40,216 bases of DNA from a virus: IMG/VR virus record IMGVR_UViG_3300017685_000004, positions 1-40,216 of that record; one strand, given 5' to 3'. Made by a program: the position numbers and the translations under genes. Shown piece by piece: positions 8,316 through 15,875 of this stretch (within the stretch, counting starts at the first letter, position 1; each line of letters opens with the position of its first letter). Under the pieces are notes generated by a model, which searched no databases, was not told the DNA's origin, and saw nothing but the letters and a program-made list of their open reading frames with translations.

Positions 8316-8888
8316 ATGATGCGGCACATCATCACCCTGCCCGGCCTAGTGGAGGCAAACCGGAAGCTGGACCTGCTTTTGGCGGGGGGCGGGATCATTG
8401 TGCCACCCGATCCTGAAGCCCCCGCCATCACGACCCCCGCAGGCATCCAGAGTGACGGCACCCCCCAGGTCGGCGAAACCCTCACTGGCATCGATCCTGT
8501 CGGCAATGGCCCGATCGTCGCGCGTCGCTGGATCGCTGGCGGTGTCACGGTGGCAACAGCGCAGACATATGCGCCGACCGCTGCCGGCTCCCTCCGCTAC
8601 GAAGCCGACCTGCAAGGGCCGGACGGCACGACGGCGACCAGCGGGTCGACGATCACGGTGGCGGCATCTGGGACTCCCGTCATCTCCTACGGCCTATCCG
8701 CCGATGGTCCGCCATCGACCGTGACGCCGGCTAGCGTGACCGTCACCGGCCCTGCCACGATCGTCGAAGGCACGGGTGGCGCGACACCCGCCAGCGTCAC
8801 CGTGACCGGCCCGGCCACCATCACCGAAGGCAATTCATCCGCGTCCGTGGCCGTGACCGGCCCATCCACCATTACAGAGGGTAACTGA
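8316..8888 (+). CDS. Ig-like / repeat protein ending in three tandem ASVTVTGPATI(T/V)EG units
   Basis: Contains GETLTG...RRWIAGGVTVATAQTYAPTAAGSLRYEA, an Ig-like W-x-x-G...TY pattern. Three in-frame repeats follow at 8730..8885. The upstream junction is CTGACATG. Confidence 0.6.
   Translation: MMRHIITLPGLVEANRKLDLLLAGGGIIVPPDPEAPAITTPAGIQSDGTPQVGETLTGIDPVGNGPIVARRWIAGGVTVATAQTYAPTAAGSLRYEADLQGPDGTTATSGSTITVAASGTPVISYGLSADGPPSTVTPASVTVTGPATIVEGTGGATPASVTVTGPATITEGNSSASVAVTGPSTITEGN
8730..8885 (+). repeat. Three in-frame tandem coding repeats (60, 51 and 45 nt) encoding ASVTVTGPATI(V/T)EG...
   Basis: The units are 8730..8789, 8790..8840 and 8841..8885. The peptide is conserved, with many synonymous differences between copies. 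Confidence 0.85.
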
Positions 8889-8889
8889 C

Positions 8890-9675
8890 ATGACCGCCGC
8901 CACGTACACCTTCACGCTTTCCGCCGCGCAGTCGTCGGCTGTCTCGATGGTCGTCGCGATGCGCGCCAAGACGGGATCATCGATTCCAGGCAATGCTTCG
9001 CGCTGGCAGGGCGGCACCATGCCGCAGGCCACGCTCAATTGGGCGGCTGGGGCGACCGCGGCCACCACGACGGTCAACACCGCTCCGAACAGCACCGTGG
9101 ACGGCAATGCCGAGTACGAATGGTACAAGGTGTCGTCCACGCCCTCCGATCTCACGCTTAGCACGGCATCGCTGCCCACGGTGACGATCACCGACGACGA
9201 CACCGGCGGCAGCACCGGCAAGACCTTCGGCCCCACGGACGGCAATAGTCCGGCGGCCTTTGATACCGAAGTCGCTGCAAATTTCGTCGAGTTTACGTTC
9301 CGCCCGAATGTCGAGACGATCGACCTTTTCGTGGGCGGGTCTGGATCAACGATCAGCGACGCGGCTGGCGACAGCGTGATGATGCGGATGTCGGCGGATA
9401 ATTCGTGGACGGCCTATACCGTGCGTAACGGCAGCAGGTCGCAGATCGGTACACCGTACACCACGGCACCTTCGGACGGTCAGAAAATCCGATTCCGGCA
9501 GAATGCAGACCAAAGCGTCGACCTCCTTTTCGGGGGCACTGTGGTCAAGCCGTATTCCGCAGCCCAAGCGTGGCCATCGGCGGACGGCAAGACGCCCGGC
9601 ACCTGGGGCCGTCTCATCACGACGTTCTCGAATGGCGGCTCCACCAAGGCCGTCACGATCGGCCCGGTGACCTGA
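8890..9675 (+). CDS. Calx-beta-like N-terminal domain plus beta-rich C-terminal domain protein
   Basis: YTFTLSAAQSSAVSMVV...ATLNWAAGATAATTTVNTAPNSTVDGNAEYEWYKVSS...VTITDDD reads like the body of a Calx-beta domain. GAGGG lies 8 nt before the ATG. Both junctions are CTGACATG. Confidence 0.55.
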   Translation: MTAATYTFTLSAAQSSAVSMVVAMRAKTGSSIPGNASRWQGGTMPQATLNWAAGATAATTTVNTAPNSTVDGNAEYEWYKVSSTPSDLTLSTASLPTVTITDDDTGGSTGKTFGPTDGNSPAAFDTEVAANFVEFTFRPNVETIDLFVGGSGSTISDAAGDSVMMRMSADNSWTAYTVRNGSRSQIGTPYTTAPSDGQKIRFRQNADQSVDLLFGGTVVKPYSAAQAWPSADGKTPGTWGRLITTFSNGGSTKAVTIGPVT

Positions 9676-9676
9676 C

Positions 9677-10027
9677 ATGGCGATCCGCAACATCATCGTG
9701 CCGCGCACGTCGAACCAGGCCGTGTCCTCGCAGGTCACGCTTCGCATCGTCGGCAACGGGGCCAACCCGCTGCTGGCGGGCGATTGCGTGGGCGACGTGC
9801 TGCCGGTCATCGTCATCAGCTTCGGGGCCAATGACACGTCCAAGACGGTCCCTATCCCGGTCAAATCCGGGACGGCGATCGGCAAGGGCTTCCGTGCCAC
9901 GCTGACTGATCCCGTCCCGGCCGCGACGCTGCCGGCCGCGATTACCGAGACGGTCGGCTACGATGGATCGAGCGCTGGCGCGGCATTCTTCGCTGATCCC
10001 GTATTCGCCGAACCCATGTTCGCCTGA
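9677..10027 (+). CDS. Small beta-rich protein, Calx-beta-like tail motif
   Basis: VIVISFGANDTSKTVPIPVKSGTAIGKGFRATLTDP resembles the C-terminal half of a Calx-beta domain. The upstream junction is CTGACATG. Confidence 0.45.
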   Translation: MAIRNIIVPRTSNQAVSSQVTLRIVGNGANPLLAGDCVGDVLPVIVISFGANDTSKTVPIPVKSGTAIGKGFRATLTDPVPAATLPAAITETVGYDGSSAGAAFFADPVFAEPMFA

Positions 10028-10036
10028 GGGGAAATC

Positions 10037-11443
10037 ATGACCATCCTACCTCAATTCACCCCCGGCTACGTGGCCGATGGCGGCTCTGCACCGGGCGATG
10101 TGTGTGACACGCTCAATTTCATGCGGGGGCAAGGCAATACGCTATCGAACCTGTCCGGCCCACGTCGCCCCGCCAAAATCTTCACGGACGGTGACAGCCT
10201 GTCCGTCCAGATGGCAGGAATGGATCACCGCTCCGCGCTGTGGTGGGCAATGGCGATTCACTGGATCGACGTGACCTTCGGCGGCAGCCTCGGCGCGGGT
10301 ACGTCCATGAGCGGCACGACCCGTGGCGGTGAGGCGGGGACCGAGCAATTCGGCATGACTTCCGAACTGCGACTGACCGATGCCGGCAATGCCTATGCGC
10401 AGGCCGTAGCCGATGGCTTTGCGCCGATCGTCATCGTGTCGGTTCAGACCAATGACAATTACGCGAGCGACAACGGCCAAGCCGGTGGACAGTCGACCGT
10501 CGCCAATGTCGAGAAATACTTCCTGCGGATGCGCGCCAAGGGGCTGGCGCACATGGTCATCAATGGCGGTGGACCGTCCGCACAGGGCGGTGGCCAGACA
10601 CTGCGCCAGCGCGGCGTCGCCCTCGCCTATCGAGATTTGGCGGCGAAGTACAAGGGCCAGATCACCTTCGTTGATAACAGCACTTTGTTGGCCGCAAACG
10701 CAACAGACTACCGCGCTCTCGGCGGTCAGGGCGTCTATGGCGCAACCATGTACGACACAGAAGGCGAGAATGCCGGTCTACATTACAGCGCTCTTGGAGC
10801 CCGTGATATCGGCAAGTGGACTCTTGGCCCGAAGCTGCTGGAACTAATCGGCAGGCGTATCCCCTTGGCCGGCTTCATCGGTGACCATTACGACGCGACT
10901 TTCAATGTCCGTGGCCCGCTGATGGCGGGGCAGACGCGCTATGCCGGTGCCACGCTGCCCACCAATTTCGTCAGCGGCACGCAGACGGTGGTCAGTCAGG
11001 GCGACGTGTCCGATCCGATGGCGTCGGCGCTCTACGGGCGCACGGATATGCAGGCACGGGAGATCGTGCTGTCGGGTACACCGACATCAGCATGGTCGCT
11101 GTCCGTCAACCGTAGCCAGAACAGCAGCTTCGATCCTACCACCACGCCATTCATGCCGGAGGCGTGGGTCTATATCGACATGACCAATGTGAAGTGCCCA
11201 AATTTTGGGTGGGCCAGCGGCGGCGTCGGCGGTCAGACCGGGCGCGATTGCGATGTGATCCCGCACCTCAAGGAACTGCTGTGCCTGTATAACGGCAACA
11301 CGATCACGGAAGGCAGCAATTTCGGCGTCCGTTCCACGACACTCAGCGTCTCGGGCATTGCCGGCAAAGAAACGGCTGGCCGCATCGTCTTCATTTCGGC
11401 CAGCGATTACCCGCAGCCGCCTCTCCCTGCCGCTTCGGCATAA
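10037..11443 (+). CDS. SGNH/GDSL-type hydrolase (esterase, possible polysaccharide deacetylase) with a large C-terminal domain
   Basis: Block I is IFTDGDSLS, block III is VSVQTNDNY, and a block V-like ENAGLHYSALGARDIG is present. GAGGGGAAATC precedes the ATG. Confidence 0.65.
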   Translation: MTILPQFTPGYVADGGSAPGDVCDTLNFMRGQGNTLSNLSGPRRPAKIFTDGDSLSVQMAGMDHRSALWWAMAIHWIDVTFGGSLGAGTSMSGTTRGGEAGTEQFGMTSELRLTDAGNAYAQAVADGFAPIVIVSVQTNDNYASDNGQAGGQSTVANVEKYFLRMRAKGLAHMVINGGGPSAQGGGQTLRQRGVALAYRDLAAKYKGQITFVDNSTLLAANATDYRALGGQGVYGATMYDTEGENAGLHYSALGARDIGKWTLGPKLLELIGRRIPLAGFIGDHYDATFNVRGPLMAGQTRYAGATLPTNFVSGTQTVVSQGDVSDPMASALYGRTDMQAREIVLSGTPTSAWSLSVNRSQNSSFDPTTTPFMPEAWVYIDMTNVKCPNFGWASGGVGGQTGRDCDVIPHLKELLCLYNGNTITEGSNFGVRSTTLSVSGIAGKETAGRIVFISASDYPQPPLPAASA

Positions 11444-11454
11444 GGACCACACCC

Positions 11455-13323
11455 ATGCGCCACCTCTACGCCATCGCCGCGCTGGCGCTGTCCACCTGCT
11501 CGGGGCCGGCCTTCGCACAGTCCGTCAGCGGGTGCGGCACAGTCGCCATCAGCAAGGCATCCGCATCCAGCGCGGATCGCCTGTCGACCGAGGCGGACTG
11601 CTTCGAGAAGGTTGAGACGATCGCGAGCGGTGCCGCGGACGCGCGCCGTGCCCGCTTGGCTGTGATCGCCCCGCCGGCACCTCCGACGCCAGAGCCGACC
11701 ACCTACTGGCTCGACTGCGCGGCAGAAGGCGGCACCTGCACCCTCCCCGTCGTGCGCCCGACACAGGTGCGCTTCGGCGCGGCGGGCGAGTACGCCTACC
11801 GCGAGGTGACCAATACCATCGCCTGTGCGATCAGCCCATTCGGCGGTGATCCCGCTCCGAACGTGGCGAAGACCTGCGCCTACGCCAGCCCGACCGCGAC
11901 GCCCCCGGTGCCGGTCATCAGCAAGCCAACTGCCGCGCGTGATCGGCTCGGCGTCAATGTCGCCCCTGTCAGCTATTACGGCGGGGAACCGGTGTTCGCC
12001 AACCAGGCGATGGGTTCGCCCTGGCTGGAAAACTGGCAGGGGGTTTCGGCTGATCGTCTGCGGCCCGACGGGATGCCTCTGTCAGTGGAGCCGGGACATA
12101 CGCTGACGCTGATCCTCGTCCCGCCCGTGACGGCGTTCACCAAGGGCGACACCACGACGCGCTGCACGTGGAATGGGACCGGCACGCTCGGCACCGGTGG
12201 CTATGCTGACGTTGTGAACACCGGTGCGCACCAGATGACCTTCAAATGGCGGCCGCAGGACAAGCCGTATGCTTGGCTCGAATTGCGTTCGTCGAGCGCA
12301 GCTGATCCGGTACGCGATCTGGATTGCCGTCAGCCCGCCGACGGCAACGCGCTGTTCGCGCCCCAGCTTCTGCAATATCTGAAGCCGTTCGGCGTGCTGC
12401 GCTTCCTTGATCAGTCGAGCGCGAACGGCAATCCGTCTGCCGTGACCTGGGCGACGCGGGGCAAGCCGGGCGGGGTCGCAATCAACGGCAGCGACGGGAC
12501 CGCGCTGGAATATCAGATCGGCCTCGCCAATGCGGTCGGCTCCAGCCCGTGGTTCACCGTGCCTTGGAACGCCGATGCCGACTATCATCGCCACATGGCG
12601 CAGATGGTCCATGACAGCATCCCGGCTGGTCGCCCGGTATATGTCGAGGTGTCGAACGAAGTCTGGAATTACCAGTTCGGGCAGGCGGGGCAGGCGCAGA
12701 AGGAAGGGCTGGAGCGCAAGCTATCCACCGATGGCTTTGGCGCGAACCTCGCCCGTACCGCGCAGAAGATCACCGAAGTCATGCCGATCTGGGCTGACGT
12801 GTTCCGCGATCGGCCGGCAGACCTTGTGCGCGTGATGGCGACGCAGGCGGCTAATGCATGGGTGGGCGCGCAAATCCTCGAATGGAATGGCGGCGCTATC
12901 CTGCCCCATATCGATGCTGTTGCGATCGCACCATATTTCCAGGTCGATCCGGTGAGCCTGACCGGGGATCAGGCGGCGAATATGGCGCTGGTGGCCGCAG
13001 AAGCCCGCAAGCAGATCGCGGTATCATCCGCCGCGTACAAGGCGATGGTCTATCGCTACGGCAAGCGGCTTATCGCTTACGAGGGCGGGCAGCATCAGAT
13101 CGACGTGGACAATGTCGAGCGTCTGACGGCCATCAACCGCGATCCGGCGATGGAGGCGATCTATCGCCAGTATCTTGCGGACTGGCAGGCGCTCACGAGC
13201 GACCTGTTCACGCTCTATTCGGCGACAGGGCCTATCAGCAAGTTCGGTGCCTGGGGCCTGCGGGAGTATGCGGGGCAGCCCCTGAGCGAGACGCCTAAGC
13301 TGCGGGGGGTGGTGGGGCGCTGA
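11455..13323 (+). CDS. Secreted clan GH-A-like glycoside hydrolase with a Cys-rich N-terminal module
   Basis: Sec signal MRHLYAIAALALSTCSGPAFA-Q. Cys-rich module CAAEGGTC...VRFGAAGEYAY...FGGDPAPNVAKTCAY. VYVEVSNEVWNYQF is an NE acid/base-like motif and RLIAYEGGQH is a nucleophile-like motif. The GH family is not assignable by eye. Confidence 0.6.
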   Translation: MRHLYAIAALALSTCSGPAFAQSVSGCGTVAISKASASSADRLSTEADCFEKVETIASGAADARRARLAVIAPPAPPTPEPTTYWLDCAAEGGTCTLPVVRPTQVRFGAAGEYAYREVTNTIACAISPFGGDPAPNVAKTCAYASPTATPPVPVISKPTAARDRLGVNVAPVSYYGGEPVFANQAMGSPWLENWQGVSADRLRPDGMPLSVEPGHTLTLILVPPVTAFTKGDTTTRCTWNGTGTLGTGGYADVVNTGAHQMTFKWRPQDKPYAWLELRSSSAADPVRDLDCRQPADGNALFAPQLLQYLKPFGVLRFLDQSSANGNPSAVTWATRGKPGGVAINGSDGTALEYQIGLANAVGSSPWFTVPWNADADYHRHMAQMVHDSIPAGRPVYVEVSNEVWNYQFGQAGQAQKEGLERKLSTDGFGANLARTAQKITEVMPIWADVFRDRPADLVRVMATQAANAWVGAQILEWNGGAILPHIDAVAIAPYFQVDPVSLTGDQAANMALVAAEARKQIAVSSAAYKAMVYRYGKRLIAYEGGQHQIDVDNVERLTAINRDPAMEAIYRQYLADWQALTSDLFTLYSATGPISKFGAWGLREYAGQPLSETPKLRGVVGR

Positions 13324-13345
13324 AGGCAGGGCTTGATACCTGCTT
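13324..13345 (+). terminator. Weak hairpin after the last late gene
   Basis: AGGCAGG-gcttgata-CCTGCTT stem-loop followed by GGGTCTTGT. The U tract is poor. Confidence 0.3.
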
Positions 13346-13758
13346 GGGTCTTGTATGCTTGGCCCGCCATGGCGGTTTCCCGGTTTGTCACATGGGCGGG
13401 CAGTGTCGCGAACACCACCGGCCCCGTCTAGCCGGTCCATCCCGGCTGCTTCAGCCCGATCTCTATACCAGGCGACTCAGCCTCCGTCCACCATCTGCTT
13501 GCCTGTCAAGGTGAAATGTGGCAGGGAATGTGGGCTGCGGCGAGTGCGCCGGGACAACCTCAAGCGGGCCTCGCTACGGTGCGGTCGGCAGGCGGATAGA
13601 TGCTCACCCGGTGGATGGTGGGCTAGAACTTACCGCTGGCGGCAGAGGCCGGGATCGTCGCAGCGCCTTGAGGGAGTAAGCCATGAACACGGGTGGTTGA
13701 TATTCAGACGGGGTGTCGAGCACATCGATCTAATAAGTGATAGGAAGATCACCGCCCC

Positions 13759-13974
13759 TCACCACCAAGGCCCCACCCCCATATCCCCCGCCATGAAGCG
13801 CCTGGCCCTCTCCCGGAAAGCCTCGCGCACCTCGACAGGCTCCTGTTCCCATACGCAGGTCCGTCGCATACCCTCTGGCCAGCGATCGGGATGCGTCCTG
13901 ACGTATAGCTGCTCGGCGAAATCCTCTGTCACCGGATGCCCGCTATCGGGGATGCGCTGGTATCGGGAGAGCAT
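13759..13974 (-). CDS. Hypothetical protein (71 aa), last gene of the - strand block
   Basis: The ATG is preceded by GAGGG. No recognisable motif. Confidence 0.45.
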   Translation of the reverse strand: MLSRYQRIPDSGHPVTEDFAEQLYVRTHPDRWPEGMRRTCVWEQEPVEVREAFRERARRFMAGDMGVGPWW

Positions 13975-14013
13975 CCCTCAAGGGTAGCATTGATCCGCGA
14001 AAGCACGAAGGGG

Positions 14014-14226
14014 TCAGACAGTGCCGCGATAGCGAGGATGGGTCAGCGCGGCCTCGATCATCTCGGTAGCGATCATCTTATTGATGTGCTGTGACCGGCC
14101 GATGTCGACAAAGGCTTGCACCCCTGACGGCTCATGGGTGATCCGGATGCCGCTTGGACCGCTGCCGACCTGCTGGCCTCCCTTTTCGCGGGGCGGCCAT
14201 ATCTCGACTTTGAGATTACCTTCCAC
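14014..14226 (-). CDS. Minimal class-I release-factor-like GGQ domain protein (about 70 aa)
   Basis: KGGQQVGSGPSGIRITHEPSGVQAFVDIGRSQHINKMIATEMIEAAL matches the RF-1/ArfB catalytic-domain pattern GGQ.V....S.iRItH.PtG......RSQ..Nk..A. The GTG start follows AAGGGGATGGGGA and overlaps the upstream gene by 11 nt. The longer track form (to 14376) lies inside the upstream gene. Confidence 0.6.
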   Translation of the reverse strand: MEGNLKVEIWPPREKGGQQVGSGPSGIRITHEPSGVQAFVDIGRSQHINKMIATEMIEAALTHPRYRGTV

Positions 14227-14743
14227 TCCCCATCCCCTTATCCGATGGCTCAAGGGCGGCGCGGGAAGCGTCGAAGCATTCGGCATTAATGAAGGCCAAG
14301 TGGCGGCTGCCGTCGCCATTGCTGATGCGGAAGGTCGAGCGGCTGTCCGTCTTGAAGCGCTCGTACACTTCGCCATGCGTGATCTCGGCGAACGGTTTCA
14401 GTCGCTCCTCCAGTTCCGCAATCCGCCGGTCCTTCGCTTCTAGGGCGGTGGCGGCTTCGGCCAGTGCCGTTTCCGCCTCGACGCGCAGTTGGTGAGGCGT
14501 CTTGCCGGACTGGCGCTGTAGGGTCAGCGTCATCCAGCCTAAGTCGGCGCGGTGAATGTCCATCTGCACGTAATTGGACGGCGTATCGGTCCGCATCCCC
14601 AGCATGTTGGCCAGATACTCGCCGATGGCCGGGATAGGTCCGCCTTCCAGTTCCATGCCGAAGCCGCCACCCGGCATAGGCCCCATGTGCAGCAGCCGCG
14701 TTTCGTCCGCCACCAGCGCGGCGTCGTCGGGGGGCTGGGTCAT
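14216..14743 (-). CDS. Hypothetical protein (175 aa) with a central coiled coil
   Basis: ATGA overlap with the upstream gene. EAETALAEAATALEAKDRRIAELEERLKPF is a coiled-coil-like stretch. Its 3' end overlaps the GGQ gene. Confidence 0.55.
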   Translation of the reverse strand: MTQPPDDAALVADETRLLHMGPMPGGGFGMELEGGPIPAIGEYLANMLGMRTDTPSNYVQMDIHRADLGWMTLTLQRQSGKTPHQLRVEAETALAEAATALEAKDRRIAELEERLKPFAEITHGEVYERFKTDSRSTFRISNGDGSRHLAFINAECFDASRAALEPSDKGMGSGR

Positions 14744-14967
14744 GCGGGCTGGTCCTGAAGCGCGTAATGCTCGATCGACGCCAGCAGATGCCGTTCAGCG
14801 ACATAGGCCGAGCCGTTCCAATCGGTGACGACATAGGTCGCACCGTCGCGCATCGTAATCTTCAGCTTGGTGTAGCTGTGCCCGCGATCCCACTTCATGT
14901 GCGACACGTCAGTCGCCCGCAGGAGCGCATCGTCTATCCGTACCATCAGCGGTGGCTGGTCTGTCAT
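14740..14967 (-). CDS. Hypothetical protein (75 aa)
   Basis: ATGA overlaps at both ends. Confidence 0.5.
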   Translation of the reverse strand: MTDQPPLMVRIDDALLRATDVSHMKWDRGHSYTKLKITMRDGATYVVTDWNGSAYVAERHLLASIEHYALQDQPA

Positions 14968-15215
14968 GCTCTATCTCTCACACAGGAGGATGGGGGAGTG
15001 GGAAGCGGTCGCCAGCTGGTCGGCTGGGCATCGATCGCGCAATCGCGGCCTACGCTCCAACCGAACGTCATCCAGCGCCGGCCAGTGCCCATGTTCACGA
15101 GCATGGCGGCATAAACGCCATCGTTGCCGTAGTAGTCGGCGCCGGGAATATGGATGAGGACGGCGACGTTCTCCGGTGCTTCGTCAGCCGGCCGCCAATC
15201 GGTATGGTCCGTCAT
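14964..15215 (-). CDS. DUF551-like phage protein
   Basis: WRPADEAPENVAVLIHIP...SWRPLPTPP resembles the DUF551 pattern W..-..P....VL.....W.PLP.PP. GGAGAGAG precedes the ATG. Confidence 0.55.
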   Translation of the reverse strand: MTDHTDWRPADEAPENVAVLIHIPGADYYGNDGVYAAMLVNMGTGRRWMTFGWSVGRDCAIDAQPTSWRPLPTPPSSCVRDRA

Positions 15216-15252
15216 TCGCTCTCTCCATTGCGGGCTATGGGATGCGGAGGGG

Positions 15253-15654
15253 TCATGGGTGGGGTTCCAAGACCTTGAGGCCCGCCGCTTTGGCCCGCCG
15301 GATCATGTCGGCAGTGCCGCGACCTCCGGGGAATGCCACGACTAGATCGGGCTCGCCTTCCTCTAACATCTGCTGGTTGCGGATCGGCCCTGCTGCCCGA
15401 CCGTGCGTTTTCCAGTCGGCGACGAAGTGCTCGACCCGCACGCAGTTGATCGCCCCCCACTCGTAGGCAAAGCGGTCCGCACCGCGCGCGCCGCCTTCGA
15501 TTATGCGGGTGATGCCAAGTTCGTCGTGAAGGCCATCAAGGCATCGGTCGACCGCGCACTGGTCCGCAAAGTCGCGACCGCCACAGACCAGCACCCTCAC
15601 CACCCCCTCCACGGGCAAGGCACGCCCCAGACTGCGAGGGGAGTCATGACTCAT
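15253..15654 (-). CDS. SLOG-superfamily (DUF2493-like) nucleotide-binding-fold protein
   Basis: VLVCGGRDF...[17 protein letters not shown]...[19 protein letters not shown]...[24 protein letters not shown] matches my recollection of DUF2493. The start is uncertain: ATG 15654, or a GTG about 50 nt downstream after GGAGGGGG. Confidence 0.6.
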   Translation of the reverse strand: MSHDSPRSLGRALPVEGVVRVLVCGGRDFADQCAVDRCLDGLHDELGITRIIEGGARGADRFAYEWGAINCVRVEHFVADWKTHGRAAGPIRNQQMLEEGEPDLVVAFPGGRGTADMIRRAKAAGLKVLEPHP

Positions 15655-15832
15655 CCATCGGCGTGCAGGTCCACGACGTGCTGGTATAGACGCTGACCTC
15701 GAACATGCGCTCGCAACTGCCGCACTCCAATTCAGTCAGGTCTTCGTCATAAAGCGAGCCGCCATCGTGCGTCTGCTGGTAGCCGCAATACGGGCACTCT
15801 GGCGCCACGGTGCTGTAGGTCTCTTGGCTCAT
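15644..15832 (-). CDS. Zinc-ribbon protein (62 aa)
   Basis: Two CxxC pairs (CPYCGY ... CGSCER). Overlaps the start of the SLOG gene. Confidence 0.5.
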   Translation of the reverse strand: MSQETYSTVAPECPYCGYQQTHDGGSLYDEDLTELECGSCERMFEVSVYTSTSWTCTPMDES

Positions 15833-15875
15833 CCCGTCACCTGCGCGATCGCATTGAGGTGGGCGAGTGGAGGGG

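Noticed and set aside
8730-8885. The tandem repeats as a CRISPR-like array or non-coding VNTR
   Set aside because: The repeats are in frame, contiguous without spacers, of unequal length (60/51/45 nt), and conserved at the peptide level with synonymous changes.
8883-8892. An RF2-style programmed +1 frameshift at GAGGGU AAC UGA C (SD-like element plus a weak UGA-C stop) fusing 8316..8888 to 8890..9675
   Set aside because: AAC to ACU re-pairing is poor. The GAGGG is equally well placed as the SD of the downstream ATG. The same CTGACATG junction occurs at two other gene boundaries in the island, which favours ordinary termination-reinitiation. It is kept only as a minor alternative in the split-domain finding.
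13355-13987. A 210-aa + strand ORF in the large non-coding gap
   Set aside because: Its composition is Arg/Ser/Pro/Cys-rich. It has no SD and runs antisense through the 13759..13974 gene. I treated the region as non-coding.
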